A stretch of 64,000 nt of DNA from a virus: IMG/VR virus record IMGVR_UViG_3300003702_000965, positions 19,951 to 83,950 of that record; one strand, given 5' to 3'. The notes under the pieces were generated by a model. It was not told the origin of the DNA, ran no database searches, and saw only the letters and a program-made list of their open reading frames with translations. Below are positions 47,782-57,595 of the stretch, one piece after another; within the stretch, counting starts at the first letter, position 1, and the number at the start of each line of letters is the position of its first letter. The translations under genes were made by a program, and so were the position numbers.

Positions 47782-48435
47782 ATGAGTGATTCATTAGCAT
47801 TCTTCAAACCTAATACAAAAGTTACAGGACATCTCTGTAGCTTCAAATATAGTCAGCTTGACAACTCATTTATGGCCGAACTTGTCAAGCAGTCGAGTTG
47901 GAACGCCGAAACGCATCAAGGTTCGTTTGCGGGCAAAGACCCATCTAAGAAAGTTAGCGTCAAGCTTAGCGAAACTGAAGTGGGCCAAATTTTAGCCTGC
48001 ATCAAAAAGAATATTGATGTTTGTGGAAGTAAATCGTGGTATCATTCAAGCAAAAACCAAATTACCCGTCTTAAATTTGAGCCTTGGTTTCAAATGAGTA
48101 AAAACGGTAATGAATGGGTAAAATCTGGCCCCCAATTGGGATACGCTTTTAAGGTTCAAAAGGAGAGCAAGGAGGATTCTTCCCAGAAGAGTAATTTTCA
48201 AATTACATTAGATTATGGCGAAGCCGAAATTCTATTATCTTATTTAGAAGTTGCTCTTACCGATTTCAACGAAGGAAGACTCGAAAGGTATTCCAAAAAG
48301 CAAAAGGAATGGATCAACAAAGCTAAAAAGGCTAAATCGGAAGCGGCAGAGTCAGGATCATCTAATGATGATTTCGCCGACATCGAAAGCTCGTCAAATT
48401 CTGGAGACGGCTCCATTGAAGTGGAACCATGGTGA
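47782..48435 (+). CDS. Hypothetical protein with acidic tail ending in PW (possible ssDNA-binding protein)
   Basis: Beta-rich body with S/D/E-rich tail; function inferred from architecture only. Confidence 0.45.
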   Translation: MSDSLAFFKPNTKVTGHLCSFKYSQLDNSFMAELVKQSSWNAETHQGSFAGKDPSKKVSVKLSETEVGQILACIKKNIDVCGSKSWYHSSKNQITRLKFEPWFQMSKNGNEWVKSGPQLGYAFKVQKESKEDSSQKSNFQITLDYGEAEILLSYLEVALTDFNEGRLERYSKKQKEWINKAKKAKSEAAESGSSNDDFADIESSSNSGDGSIEVEPW

Positions 48436-50354
48436 AAAAGAAAAAGGTATTCTTTCATACCGATTTTGCGCTAGCAAAGACGGGCTTTGGCAGAAACGCC
48501 AAGGCCCTTCTTACTTACTTATATAAAACTGGCAAATACGATATAATTAATTTCGCCTGTGGAATGGCTAGCGGTCATGAGGACTTCGCTAAAGCTCCTT
48601 GGAAAACTATAGGAGCTATAACAAGCGATGAATCCAAACTCCAAGAAATAAATTCTTCTACGGACCAAAAGAGACTTAGAGACGTAGCTTACGGATCAGA
48701 AGAAATAAACGAAATAATAAAGAAAGAGAAACCGGACGTATATATTGGAGCGCAAGATTTTTGGGGTGTAGACTTTTCGATTAGATCGACTTGGTTTAAA
48801 AAAATACCTTCCGCTATTTGGGTTACTCTAGATTCACTTCCCATCTTCGAAGCCGCGATTAAAAGCGCTGAAAAAATAGATAATTATTGGGTTTGGAGCA
48901 GCTTCGCCGAGAAAGAGCTTCATAGGCTGGGCTTTGATCATGTCAAAACCGTACACGGCATCGTAGACGAAACTCATTTCAAGAGGCTGAAAGAAAACGA
49001 AAGATTATTAATTAGAGCTAAACATGATATTGATCCCGATATTTTTATGATTGGATTTGTATTTAGGAATCAGCTTAGAAAGTCTGTGCCAAATTTGCTC
49101 GAAGGCTACAAGAAGTTTCGAGACGCTTTTCCCTCAGAGAAGGCTGGCCTATTGCTCCACACTCATTACGCGGAAGGGTGGGGAATACCGAAGCTGATAA
49201 AAGAATATGAAATAAACGAAAAGGAAATATTTACAACTTATCATTGTCGCGAATGCGGGGAATATAAAATAGCGAACTTCACTGGCCAAGACTTGAACTG
49301 CCCATTTTGCGAATCGAAAAAAACCTTCAACACTACGAACGTAAATCATGGCGTTACCGAAGACCAGTTGAACGAAGTTTATAATGTAATGGACGCATAT
49401 TGCCACCCATTCACCAGTGGAGGTCAAGAGATACCTATTCAAGAAGCAAAGCTTACCGAACTCATTACTCTTGTCACTAATTATAGCTGTGGAGAAGAAT
49501 GCTGCGAAGACGGCGCTTATTCCTTGCCTCTCGATTGGGCTGAATACAGAGAACATGGAACTCAATTCAAAAAAGCTTCAACTTTGCCTCAATCTATATG
49601 CGACCAATTATCCAAAGTCTTTTCGATGGACGAATCCGACAGGAAGGAATGGGGGGAAAAGGCTAGAGAATGGGTTCTATCTAAATTTTCCACTAAAGTC
49701 GTCGGCGGATTCATTGAGGATTTTATAGATTCTCAGCCAGAACACGGCTTTGACTTCGTAGAGTCCGAAAATGATAAAAAAGATCCAAACGCGCAAATCC
49801 CCAATATAGAAAATGACAAAGAGTGGATAAATGCTCTTTATAAAAACATACTCAAGAGAGACGTTGACCCCACATATGAAGGACATATGTATTGGGTTGA
49901 CGAGTTAACCAAGGGGTCTGAAAGAAGCGATATAGAAAGATATTTCAGGAACGTAGCCTCCAAGGAGATAGAAAAAGAAAAACGACAAACTTACGACATA
50001 GAAGACTCCTTGGATAAAGACGACGAAGGTAAGAGAATAGCGTTTATTCTGCCAAGTAATGAAAGGGATATCTTTCTTAGCACCAGTTTACTGAAGTCGC
50101 TTAAAGATACATATCCAGAATATAACATTTACTACGCCACGAAACCTGAATACTTTTGTATTCTGGAAGGAAATCCTAATATCCATAAGATCATAGAGTT
50201 TAACCCTCAAATGGAAAAACCCTTTTTCCTAGAAGGGCGATCTGACCAAAAAGGTTATTTTGAAATAGCTTTCACTCCCTATTTTTGTACCTTACAAGCT
50301 ATCAATTATACTCACAACGCAAAAGATAAAATCAGTTTCAATTTACATTACTAG
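48429..50354 (+). CDS. Multidomain glycosyltransferase (GT4-like with CxxC...CxxC insert and GT9-like C-terminus)
   Basis: 'TGFG', 'RNQLRK', 'YNVMD', 'GGQEIPIQEA', 'CRECG...CPFC', 'DIFLST.LL.SLK..YP...ILEGNP.I'. Confidence 0.8.
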   Translation: MVKKKKVFFHTDFALAKTGFGRNAKALLTYLYKTGKYDIINFACGMASGHEDFAKAPWKTIGAITSDESKLQEINSSTDQKRLRDVAYGSEEINEIIKKEKPDVYIGAQDFWGVDFSIRSTWFKKIPSAIWVTLDSLPIFEAAIKSAEKIDNYWVWSSFAEKELHRLGFDHVKTVHGIVDETHFKRLKENERLLIRAKHDIDPDIFMIGFVFRNQLRKSVPNLLEGYKKFRDAFPSEKAGLLLHTHYAEGWGIPKLIKEYEINEKEIFTTYHCRECGEYKIANFTGQDLNCPFCESKKTFNTTNVNHGVTEDQLNEVYNVMDAYCHPFTSGGQEIPIQEAKLTELITLVTNYSCGEECCEDGAYSLPLDWAEYREHGTQFKKASTLPQSICDQLSKVFSMDESDRKEWGEKAREWVLSKFSTKVVGGFIEDFIDSQPEHGFDFVESENDKKDPNAQIPNIENDKEWINALYKNILKRDVDPTYEGHMYWVDELTKGSERSDIERYFRNVASKEIEKEKRQTYDIEDSLDKDDEGKRIAFILPSNERDIFLSTSLLKSLKDTYPEYNIYYATKPEYFCILEGNPNIHKIIEFNPQMEKPFFLEGRSDQKGYFEIAFTPYFCTLQAINYTHNAKDKISFNLHY

Positions 50355-50360
50355 AAACAA

Positions 50361-51545
50361 ATGCATTTAATAGAAAAGTATAGCTTGGAAACCGGAGCCC
50401 TGATCGGCAACCCTGAAATTTATGAGAAGTATTACCCATGCCCAATCGAAGGCGACTATATAACTAATTTTGTTGATCAAAGCGTGTCGTCCATGCAATA
50501 CGATTACTGGGAGGATGTTGTGTCTTTAATAAATCCGACCCTAATCGAAAACAACATCAAAATACTTAATTTAAATCCTTCTAAAGTAAAAGATTTAGCG
50601 AACCTCACTCAAATAGACGAAAAAATAGAAGCGGGTCAAGTTTCCTATTTGATTCGTAATTCTCTTTTGCATTTTGGAGAAACTAGTTTTTGCACAGACT
50701 TAGCTTCCATGCATGACGTTAAAATAGTTTCATTATACTCAATGGCACACAAAGAGTGCGTTAAGCCTTATTGGGGTTCTCCGTCTCGTCAAATACTCCT
50801 AGACGGCCTTGGCCTAAAGGAAGGTAGAAAGCCCTGTTACTCCAACTTCGAGAGCCCCAAGGCAATTAATTCCATCTCGCCAGAAGAGATAGCTAGAAGC
50901 ATTCTCTCTTTGTTGGGGTTTGAGTTCAACTGTGAATATGAGACGATTTTCACTGGAGATCTTTACCAAAAAAAATCTGTCGAAGTAATACCCAATTCTG
51001 TTGCGAACGTTAATTTCTATCCCTTGAGCGTCAGAATGGATTATGCGTTTAATGAGAAAAATTTAGCAGAACAGATAAATGTTTCAGAGCATCCCGTTAG
51101 CATAGTCACCGACAAACCAATTAATGAAAACTTACTTAGAGAACTTTCCTCTAAAATAGAAGTTGTATTTTACATAATTAAAGAAAAGGATAATCCACTT
51201 TTCGTCGAAAAGCTAAAAAGATTAAAAATACCTTTTAAGATGTTGTCTTATTTAGAGGAGGAAGACGTTAATGATAAGAAATTAAACTATATGGATCTTG
51301 GCCCAATCTACAGACAGAAGTCGGCGAACTTCAAAGAAATGGACGAACTCAAGGATCAAAAATTAGAAGATTTATATTATTATTCAAACAAGAGACTTTT
51401 AGACAACGGCACAGTTTATTTAAGCAAAGCCGGACATGAGGCCAAACAAGCCCACGACACGCCGGACGACCCTAAGAAACTAATTGACAGTGAAGCTTTT
51501 TGGAAAGAGCTAGATTGCTTTAGGGTAGTTAGAAAAATTACTTGA
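50361..51545 (+). CDS. GT9-like glycosyltransferase-fold protein
   Basis: 'YDYWEDVV', 'YLIRNS.LHFG..SF..DLAS', 'INSISPEEI'. Confidence 0.55.
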   Translation: MHLIEKYSLETGALIGNPEIYEKYYPCPIEGDYITNFVDQSVSSMQYDYWEDVVSLINPTLIENNIKILNLNPSKVKDLANLTQIDEKIEAGQVSYLIRNSLLHFGETSFCTDLASMHDVKIVSLYSMAHKECVKPYWGSPSRQILLDGLGLKEGRKPCYSNFESPKAINSISPEEIARSILSLLGFEFNCEYETIFTGDLYQKKSVEVIPNSVANVNFYPLSVRMDYAFNEKNLAEQINVSEHPVSIVTDKPINENLLRELSSKIEVVFYIIKEKDNPLFVEKLKRLKIPFKMLSYLEEEDVNDKKLNYMDLGPIYRQKSANFKEMDELKDQKLEDLYYYSNKRLLDNGTVYLSKAGHEAKQAHDTPDDPKKLIDSEAFWKELDCFRVVRKIT

Positions 51546-51570
51546 CTCAATTAAAAGCGTAAGTTAATAT
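51542..51570 (+). promoter_or_regulatory. Sigma70-like promoter
   Basis: TTGACT-N17-TAATAT, spacer contains AAAAGCGT; ATG 6 nt downstream. Confidence 0.75.
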
Positions 51571-51576
51571 CACTTT

Positions 51577-52326
51577 ATGGCGGCGAAAAAAAAGGAATAT
51601 GGAGTACCTCCCAAGGAGGCTACTAAAGGCGTTAGGAACGTGCACGGTTTAATCTCTGATGGCACCGTCGATTATGTTTTTGATGAAAATGGTTTAGTTG
51701 ACTGGCGTAAAATGGTCAAGCAGGAGTTTTTAGTAGCTAATCGCCAGAGGACAAAAGAATCTGACATTTCGAAACTCGAAGATAGGGATCTTTTGATTTT
51801 ATTGGGAGGCATAAAGGATTTAGCTCAGATGAGGGGTTTTTCAAAGGTGGAATACAAAGTATATTCTGCTGCTCCGGATTATGTTTTAGCTTCTTGTGGC
51901 GTAACTTGGATACCTAACTACGAAACGGAAGATAAAGAAATTTATTTCGAAGCTCTAGCTGATGCCTCATTGAGCAACACCAAAAGTTTTGCTAGAAATT
52001 TTTTAGCTGCGATAGCTGAAAATAGAGCTTTTGTCAGGTGTGTGAGAAACTTTTTAAGAATCAATGTAGTTGGGCAAGATGAGATGGGCGACGCAAACCT
52101 CCTTAACGATTCCTCTCCCACTACTGCTGTCACCGCGGCCGCTGATCCCCATTCTCTTCTCGCTAGTGTTATGCAAGAGAAGGGAGTCTCCTTTGAGGAC
52201 ATAAAGAAAAGGCTTGCGGCGGAGGGGAGTGATTCGGCTGACAAATTCAAGACGATAAACGACATTCCTAAAAACCAGATCTTGGTTCTCGTCAAGAGGC
52301 TAAAAACAATTAAAGGGGGGCAATGA
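51577..52326 (+). CDS. Possible Rad52/Sak-like single-strand annealing protein
   Basis: 'AIAENRAFVRCVR..L.I' resembles the A.A.tRA..RA helix of phage annealing proteins. Confidence 0.4.
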   Translation: MAAKKKEYGVPPKEATKGVRNVHGLISDGTVDYVFDENGLVDWRKMVKQEFLVANRQRTKESDISKLEDRDLLILLGGIKDLAQMRGFSKVEYKVYSAAPDYVLASCGVTWIPNYETEDKEIYFEALADASLSNTKSFARNFLAAIAENRAFVRCVRNFLRINVVGQDEMGDANLLNDSSPTTAVTAAADPHSLLASVMQEKGVSFEDIKKRLAAEGSDSADKFKTINDIPKNQILVLVKRLKTIKGGQ

Positions 52327-53099
52327 ATGAAAAGAGCTATTTAGCCACCCTAAAAGTTGTAGACGCCATCAAGCCCACTAGAAGAACTGCCGATTCTGGC
52401 GTTAATTTTCTTTTTAGGGGGGACGGCTTTGTCTGGACTAAGCTTTTTTCCGCTCAATCTAGGGGAGAGGCTGTCAAAAAAGCTTCTAGTTGGTTTTTCT
52501 TATTGAAACGCAGCAAACACGCCAAATCAAACATTCCTCATGTAACCATTAAGAGCTTAGTCGTAGACGATCCTCGCAAGGAAGTTTTTTTCTATAAGAA
52601 GTTCAGATGCTTCGGCAACAACAACAGGCTATTAGAAGAAGAAGCTATTGAACGCCTCTTGAAAGAATCACAAGGAAAGTTGAGAAGAGCTAAATTGAAT
52701 AGAAAAAAATTCGCAGTTAGGTCTTCGGTTGAGTGGAATAGGAACAGGAATATTAAACGCCTTTCTTATCTTGGCCCTGTTCTGAAATGGACAGGGTTTC
52801 CTTGTTTGCATCTGGAACCAGATTCTGGCGTCTTCATCTATATGATAAAGAAGCAGCCCCAAAAAACGGTTGGAATAAAATACGAGTTTAACGAAAACGT
52901 CCCAAGAACACCAATGCCGAGGAAACTCAAAAGTGGCAGAAAAGACGGTAGAACAGTATGGGCGGGGAAAGTCATAAAGATAACAGCAGGCAAAAAAGTT
53001 CAAGGCATACTGTACAAAGTTATCCGGCTGAAGGCTAAGGACTTAGCTGCCGCGAAAATAGAGGCTCTATTGATCCGTGATGGGAAAAAAATGGCCTAA
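52323..53099 (+). CDS. Highly basic hypothetical protein
   Basis: 258 aa K/R-rich; ATGA overlap. Confidence 0.6.
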   Translation: MNEKSYLATLKVVDAIKPTRRTADSGVNFLFRGDGFVWTKLFSAQSRGEAVKKASSWFFLLKRSKHAKSNIPHVTIKSLVVDDPRKEVFFYKKFRCFGNNNRLLEEEAIERLLKESQGKLRRAKLNRKKFAVRSSVEWNRNRNIKRLSYLGPVLKWTGFPCLHLEPDSGVFIYMIKKQPQKTVGIKYEFNENVPRTPMPRKLKSGRKDGRTVWAGKVIKITAGKKVQGILYKVIRLKAKDLAAAKIEALLIRDGKKMA

Positions 53100-55023
53100 A
53101 AGACCAGAGCTTTTTAAGCCTTTGGATTTAAATTTCGTTTCTGGCAATCTTCCAGAGGGAAATGTAATATTTAATTCCTGCGACTCTAAATTCTTTAACG
53201 AATACGGATGGGGGTTACTTTGTTCTTCTATCAAACATGGAAATAAAATACATTTCAATATCCATCTTGACCCTAATAATCCATTATTTAAAAGTCCCGA
53301 AAGTATATGTGAAATTTCCCCCGACTTAATAACAATATCTACATGCGGTTTCCTTCCTGACGAATTAAAAGATCCAGATGAGCATGATTTAAGAATTTAT
53401 CTTTCTTGTAGTAGGCTTTTAGCGGTAGAGCAGCTCCTTAAAAAAACTTCTGCTAATTTTATTATTTTAGATGCTGACAGCTTAGTTAAGGGAAAGCTGC
53501 CCATGCCGCCAACGCCTATGGGTTTACATTACAGGATGCCTAATTGGCGAAAGTATACTTGTTATTTTGAGAAAATCGCAGAAGGAAAGTTAACGAAACA
53601 TAAACAGCGAATAACTTTGGACGAAGGATCTGACTACGACGCCAACGATAGATATATTTTTGATAGACACCAATGGCAAATATTGATGACCCCCACCTAC
53701 CTGTCAAACAGTGAAGATTCTAGACGTTTCGTGTCTCTATGGATTAACGAGATAAAAAATAATCCATTTTTATGGGGCTTGGTACAAGGGTCAGGATACA
53801 GGGCTTGGATTAGGTTTCTGTGGAAATTTTGGAAGGAATATGGAACCAGAGCGCATGGTTACGTTCTCTCTGACTATGGGCCGTTCGGAGACGTTAGCAT
53901 ACCCGATGACCCCGAAATAGCTTTCGAATTTATAGATTTTGATTACGCCAAAAAGACTTTCTACAACTTCAATCACCCTTACGTTTTAGATCGCACGCGT
54001 CTCCCCGAGCTTAAATGCAAACCAATAAATAACTTGCCTAACGATTGGTATTTGCCGAACGTAAACATTGATACCGAAGACGGCTATAAATATAATGATA
54101 CGTGTTTTGAGGACTTTTCAGAGGAAGCTCTTATTTGGGATGGGAAAGGAATTAATAAAGAAGTGTCAGATAAATATAAGGAATATTTTAATGAGTTGAC
54201 TTCTGGGGTTGGGCCACCCCGCTATAGCTTCTCTTTAAACACAACTCCCCCTAGACTTGCGGAGGAAAAATGTCTCCGAAAAACTATTGAAAGTCTGCTT
54301 AACCAATCGTTCCCTCCAGATAAGATTTTTTTATGTATACCTTATGCTTATAAAAGGTTCGTAGATCGAATTCCGACTTGGAGCCTCCCAAGTTGGCTGA
54401 AGGAACTACCGAAGGTGGAAGTCTTAAGGGGCGAGGATCATGGACCAGCCTCAAGATATGTTTATGTTCAGGGGCATGATGGTTTAATTTGCTCTGCTGA
54501 CGACGATGTAATTTATGAAAAAGACGCATTCGAAAAGCTCATTAATTTCAAGATCTTAAATAAACTAGATGCCGCTTGTCACTGGTCTTATTTTTGGTGG
54601 GACTCCCCCGCTCCCGAGGAAGGCGGTGGCAATGCCAGTCTTGCAGTAGATACGTCCATTAAATATCTGCAAGGAGTCGATATGATTCTTTTCGACTCTA
54701 ATATATTAGGTGGGCGGGTGGATGCATCTACCATCTCACCCCTAATGAACTCTTTTGAGAGCTTTGTTAAAACATGTCATGAAGTTTATGAGGACTCTTT
54801 TCTATTGGACGATTTAACTATATCTTATTATTTGCAGTATAAGGGCTTTAAAGTAGATTCCATCTCGAAAGGCGAGTCGACTCCAGTACACGAAGAGCAA
54901 TCCACCAGCAAAGATGAATTTAGGCTTACTGATACGGTTGGAAGAGGGAAAAGGTACTTTAAAACATTCGGAATCATTTGGTATTTAAAGAAAAATTACC
55001 CCATAAAAAAACTAAGTATTTAA
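53077..55023 (+). CDS. Two-domain glycosyltransferase-like protein
   Basis: N-half 'R....LL...ILDADS'; C-half 'SLNTTPPRL...SLLNQ..PDKI.L.IP...DHGPA...ADDDVIY'. Confidence 0.7.
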   Translation: MMGKKWPKRPELFKPLDLNFVSGNLPEGNVIFNSCDSKFFNEYGWGLLCSSIKHGNKIHFNIHLDPNNPLFKSPESICEISPDLITISTCGFLPDELKDPDEHDLRIYLSCSRLLAVEQLLKKTSANFIILDADSLVKGKLPMPPTPMGLHYRMPNWRKYTCYFEKIAEGKLTKHKQRITLDEGSDYDANDRYIFDRHQWQILMTPTYLSNSEDSRRFVSLWINEIKNNPFLWGLVQGSGYRAWIRFLWKFWKEYGTRAHGYVLSDYGPFGDVSIPDDPEIAFEFIDFDYAKKTFYNFNHPYVLDRTRLPELKCKPINNLPNDWYLPNVNIDTEDGYKYNDTCFEDFSEEALIWDGKGINKEVSDKYKEYFNELTSGVGPPRYSFSLNTTPPRLAEEKCLRKTIESLLNQSFPPDKIFLCIPYAYKRFVDRIPTWSLPSWLKELPKVEVLRGEDHGPASRYVYVQGHDGLICSADDDVIYEKDAFEKLINFKILNKLDAACHWSYFWWDSPAPEEGGGNASLAVDTSIKYLQGVDMILFDSNILGGRVDASTISPLMNSFESFVKTCHEVYEDSFLLDDLTISYYLQYKGFKVDSISKGESTPVHEEQSTSKDEFRLTDTVGRGKRYFKTFGIIWYLKKNYPIKKLSI

Positions 55024-55343
55024 ATTCTTGACACTATTTTTATTTCGTCGATTATCCTTCTGGAGTTTTCTATAACTATCCTTTCCGCCACTATTGTTCT
55101 GGGGTAGTTTAATTCTGTATCCAACCTTATTCCATCCTCCCTTTCTTCTGGAGTTATCAAGTACTCCACGAAGTCCATCATCCCTCTAGGTCTCAAAAAA
55201 TACCAATATGAATCTTTCATAAAACCAGCGCACTCGATAAGCACATCTAAGTTTACGTTGATTTTCGACGCCATCGTCACATCCCTAAACGACATCGGCT
55301 CGGTTGGGGGTTCTGATAGCTCTGCTTTGATTATCAGAATCAT
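55020..55343 (-). CDS. Hypothetical protein
   Basis: 107 aa; GTGTAA 9 nt upstream (55353-55358). Confidence 0.7.
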   Translation of the reverse strand: MILIIKAELSEPPTEPMSFRDVTMASKINVNLDVLIECAGFMKDSYWYFLRPRGMMDFVEYLITPEEREDGIRLDTELNYPRTIVAERIVIENSRRIIDEIKIVSRI

Positions 55344-55358
55344 CCCATATAGTTACAC

Positions 55359-55390
55359 AAAAACCTCCCGCCCATTTCTGCGCGGGAGGT
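55359..55390 (-). terminator. Intrinsic terminator directly followed by GTGTAA
   Basis: ACCTCCCGC/GCGGGAGGT stem then a T-run on the minus strand. Confidence 0.8.
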
Positions 55391-55412
55391 CGAAGTTATT
55401 AAGCTTAGCTAA

Positions 55413-55766
55413 TTACTTTTTCTTTGTTGCGGACTTTTTCTTCTTGGATGCACGAGCCTTCTTAATGCCAGAGGTTGTCACATGAACCTTTGCACCCTTG
55501 ACCCCCACAGTAAGAGTTGGGGATCTAACTCCAATCTTCATGAAAGGTAGGGCAATCCTTGCTCCTCCAGAGGAAACGCTTCCCCTTACCGATGTTCCGG
55601 CTTCAGCGCCGAGAACGACGCTAGGAATAGGGACGGTTAAAGTTTGACCGAACAGGGTTACACTGGGCTCTGTACCAAACGAGGCACCAAACCATCCAGC
55701 ATTAGCTTTCTCGCTACAACACATAAAAACAGCAGCAGCTAATATCATTACAGTAATCTTTTTCAT
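55413..55766 (-). CDS. Secreted beta-strand-rich protein with basic tail
   Basis: Signal peptide ending ANA; internal repeat (PSVTL/PSVVL/PTLTV); two GTGTAA motifs upstream. Confidence 0.7.
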   Translation of the reverse strand: MKKITVMILAAAVFMCCSEKANAGWFGASFGTEPSVTLFGQTLTVPIPSVVLGAEAGTSVRGSVSSGGARIALPFMKIGVRSPTLTVGVKGAKVHVTTSGIKKARASKKKKSATKKK

Positions 55767-55843
55767 AATTTATTAAAGTTACACGCAACTTTGCGCGTAA
55801 AAAGAATCTTACACAAAAAAATCTCACATGGTCAAGTTTTTTC

Positions 55844-55872
55844 TTGCTATTTTTCCAAGTATGACGTAATAT
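55844..55872 (+). promoter_or_regulatory. Sigma70-like promoter
   Basis: TTGCTA-N17-TAATAT; GTG start 6 nt downstream. Confidence 0.55.
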
Positions 55873-55878
55873 TTATTA

Positions 55879-56517
55879 GTGAGTGAAATTCTGGGCATAT
55901 CTGGTTATGCCGGTTGCGGCAAAGACCTTTTCTTTCGTCTCTTCAAGGAGGAAATGAAAAAAATTAACAATAAAACCGTTTCCAGAGTTGCCATTGCTGA
56001 TACGCTCAAGTACGAAGTCAGAAGTAGCATGTTGGAGCTTAAGGGGATAGACCCCACCGAATGCAGTCCAGAGCAGAAGGAGGAAATAAGAGATTTTCTT
56101 ATTTTTTATGGACTTCAGAGAAGAAGTGAAACTTTAGGTAGATATTGGGTCGAAAAAATAAGTAAGATCATAAAGCACCACATAAACTCTGATTTTATTT
56201 GCGTTACAGACATAAGGTTCAACTTTTATCCACATGATGAGGTGTATTGGTTGAAGAACGAAATGGGGGGCAAGTTGCTGGTCATCAAGCAGTTCGTTTA
56301 CCAACCTTTCAAGATAGGAACAGCCAAACCGATTAAAGATTATCAGCTTCCTCCCAATGCGATAGAAGAGAAAAACATGGAGCAGATCGAAAAAGACGCT
56401 GACTATTTTATTGAATGGCCATTTTGCTTCTGGAAAGAGAATAAGGATCATATTAATGAAAATCTTAGACCAGCAGTCAAAGAGTTCATATTAAAAAACT
56501 ATGAAAATAAAAACTAA
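55879..56517 (+). CDS. Deoxynucleoside monophosphate kinase (T4 gp1-like)
   Basis: 'GISGYAGCGKD', 'IADTLK', 'R..L..YG..RR', 'VTDIRF...E'. Confidence 0.8.
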   Translation: MSEILGISGYAGCGKDLFFRLFKEEMKKINNKTVSRVAIADTLKYEVRSSMLELKGIDPTECSPEQKEEIRDFLIFYGLQRRSETLGRYWVEKISKIIKHHINSDFICVTDIRFNFYPHDEVYWLKNEMGGKLLVIKQFVYQPFKIGTAKPIKDYQLPPNAIEEKNMEQIEKDADYFIEWPFCFWKENKDHINENLRPAVKEFILKNYENKN

Positions 56518-56740
56518 TAGCAGATTCGTTCGGGCTTTGGTGGCGAAATACGAGGCCGAGATAGAAGAAGCGAAGGCGACATTGGAGGTGTATTTCAATT
56601 CCCCAGTTGGAATTGGAGAGCATTCCGATCTCCTTACGGAACATGACAAGTGGGCCGAAAAGCTAGCTAACGCTATTGATAAACTCTCAGCTATCGAAGC
56701 ACATTTTTCGAATACGGAGAAAGGAGGTGATAATTTATAA
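56501..56740 (+). CDS. Small phage hypothetical protein
   Basis: Helical protein with 'PVGIGEHSD' motif. Confidence 0.7.
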   Translation: MKIKTNSRFVRALVAKYEAEIEEAKATLEVYFNSPVGIGEHSDLLTEHDKWAEKLANAIDKLSAIEAHFSNTEKGGDNL

Positions 56741-57363
56741 TGTTTAATCTTTTCAGAAGGTGGAGACGGTCTAGAATGGGTAAGTGCTTGTTTTGCGAGC
56801 ATGAAGCTCCTCTAAGGGACTTTTCCGAAGAATACAGAGAGGAACATGGTTCATCTTTCTCGAGCGGTGCAAAGAGAAATACGGGCAAAGGCTCAAAAGG
56901 TTCTGGTTCGAAGGGCTATGGTTCGAAGGGCTATGGTTCGAAGGGCTATGGTTCGAAGGGCTATGGTTCGAAGGGCTATGGTTCGAAAGGCTCTAGCCGA
57001 AGAAGCTATGGCACTCCGAAGAGAAAGCCTACTCCCGAACCTAAAGCTACATCAGCATATGGTGAAATGGGAACCAAAGGTTTTTCCAAAGCAACTCCTA
57101 AGAAGAAGAGACCTGTTTCCAAGCCTAGGGATACATCAACATATGATGAGATGGGGACTAAGGGCTTTTCTAATTATGACGAAATGGGAACCAAAGGTTT
57201 TTCCAAAGTAACTCCTAAGAAGAAGAGGCCTGCTCCTAAGTCTAGGAGGCGAACGCAGGCAGATGCATACGATGAAATGGGAACCAAAGGCTATGTCGAT
57301 TGGGCCGACTATAGAGGCTCAAAAGGTTATAGGCCAAAAGGCTCGGGGCCAAAAGGCGCGTAA
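56740..57363 (+). CDS. Basic low-complexity protein with GSKGY and Y(D/G)EMGTKG repeats
   Basis: Strong Shine-Dalgarno (AAGGAGGTGA) upstream; 15 Lys-Gly dipeptides, 13 of them in G-X-K-G context. Confidence 0.75.
   Translation: MFNLFRRWRRSRMGKCLFCEHEAPLRDFSEEYREEHGSSFSSGAKRNTGKGSKGSGSKGYGSKGYGSKGYGSKGYGSKGYGSKGSSRRSYGTPKRKPTPEPKATSAYGEMGTKGFSKATPKKKRPVSKPRDTSTYDEMGTKGFSNYDEMGTKGFSKVTPKKKRPAPKSRRRTQADAYDEMGTKGYVDWADYRGSKGYRPKGSGPKGA
56905..56992 (+). repeat. Coding tandem repeat GGTTCGAAGGGCTAT x5 plus a partial unit
   Basis: Five identical 15-bp units at 56905-56979. Confidence 0.95.
57064..57227 (+). repeat. 47-bp coding duplication (57064-57110 and 57181-57227)
   Basis: One mismatch; shorter copy at 57274. 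Confidence 0.85.
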
Positions 57364-57408
57364 TTGAGACGAATAGTCTCTCTATACTAGAGCTAAGTCA
57401 TTAGCGTT

Positions 57409-57438
57409 CTGGGGCATAGTGTCCCAGTTCGCTTTTTT
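57409..57438 (+). terminator. Probable terminator after a run of small hairpins
   Basis: CTGGGGCA/TGTCCCAG stem then TTCGCTTTTTT. Confidence 0.55.
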
Positions 57439-57442
57439 GTTA

Positions 57443-57574
57443 AGGAAATATAGTGTTTTGGTCCCTAACGGAGCAGCCAAAGGAACAGTGACGGCTACGA
57501 TGGAAAATGGATTGCTGACTATATCTTTAACCAAGGAAGAATACGCAAAAACCTCAATAATTAAAGTAACTTAA
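57443..57574 (+). pseudogene. C-terminal remnant of an Hsp20/alpha-crystallin small heat-shock protein
   Basis: Reads RKYSVLVPNGAAKGTVTATMENGLLTISLTKEEYAKTSIIKVT*; in-frame stop at 57374, N-terminal half absent. Confidence 0.7.
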
Positions 57575-57595
57575 GCTATTTATTCTCAATGTGAT

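Noticed and set aside
56905-56992. Tandem 15-bp repeats as a CRISPR array
   Set aside because: No spacers; the units are in-frame coding repeats; no cas operon
56846-57211. Alternative-frame (RRAMV)n ORF
   Set aside because: By-product of the 15-bp repeat; the SD and synonymous variation support the GSKGY frame
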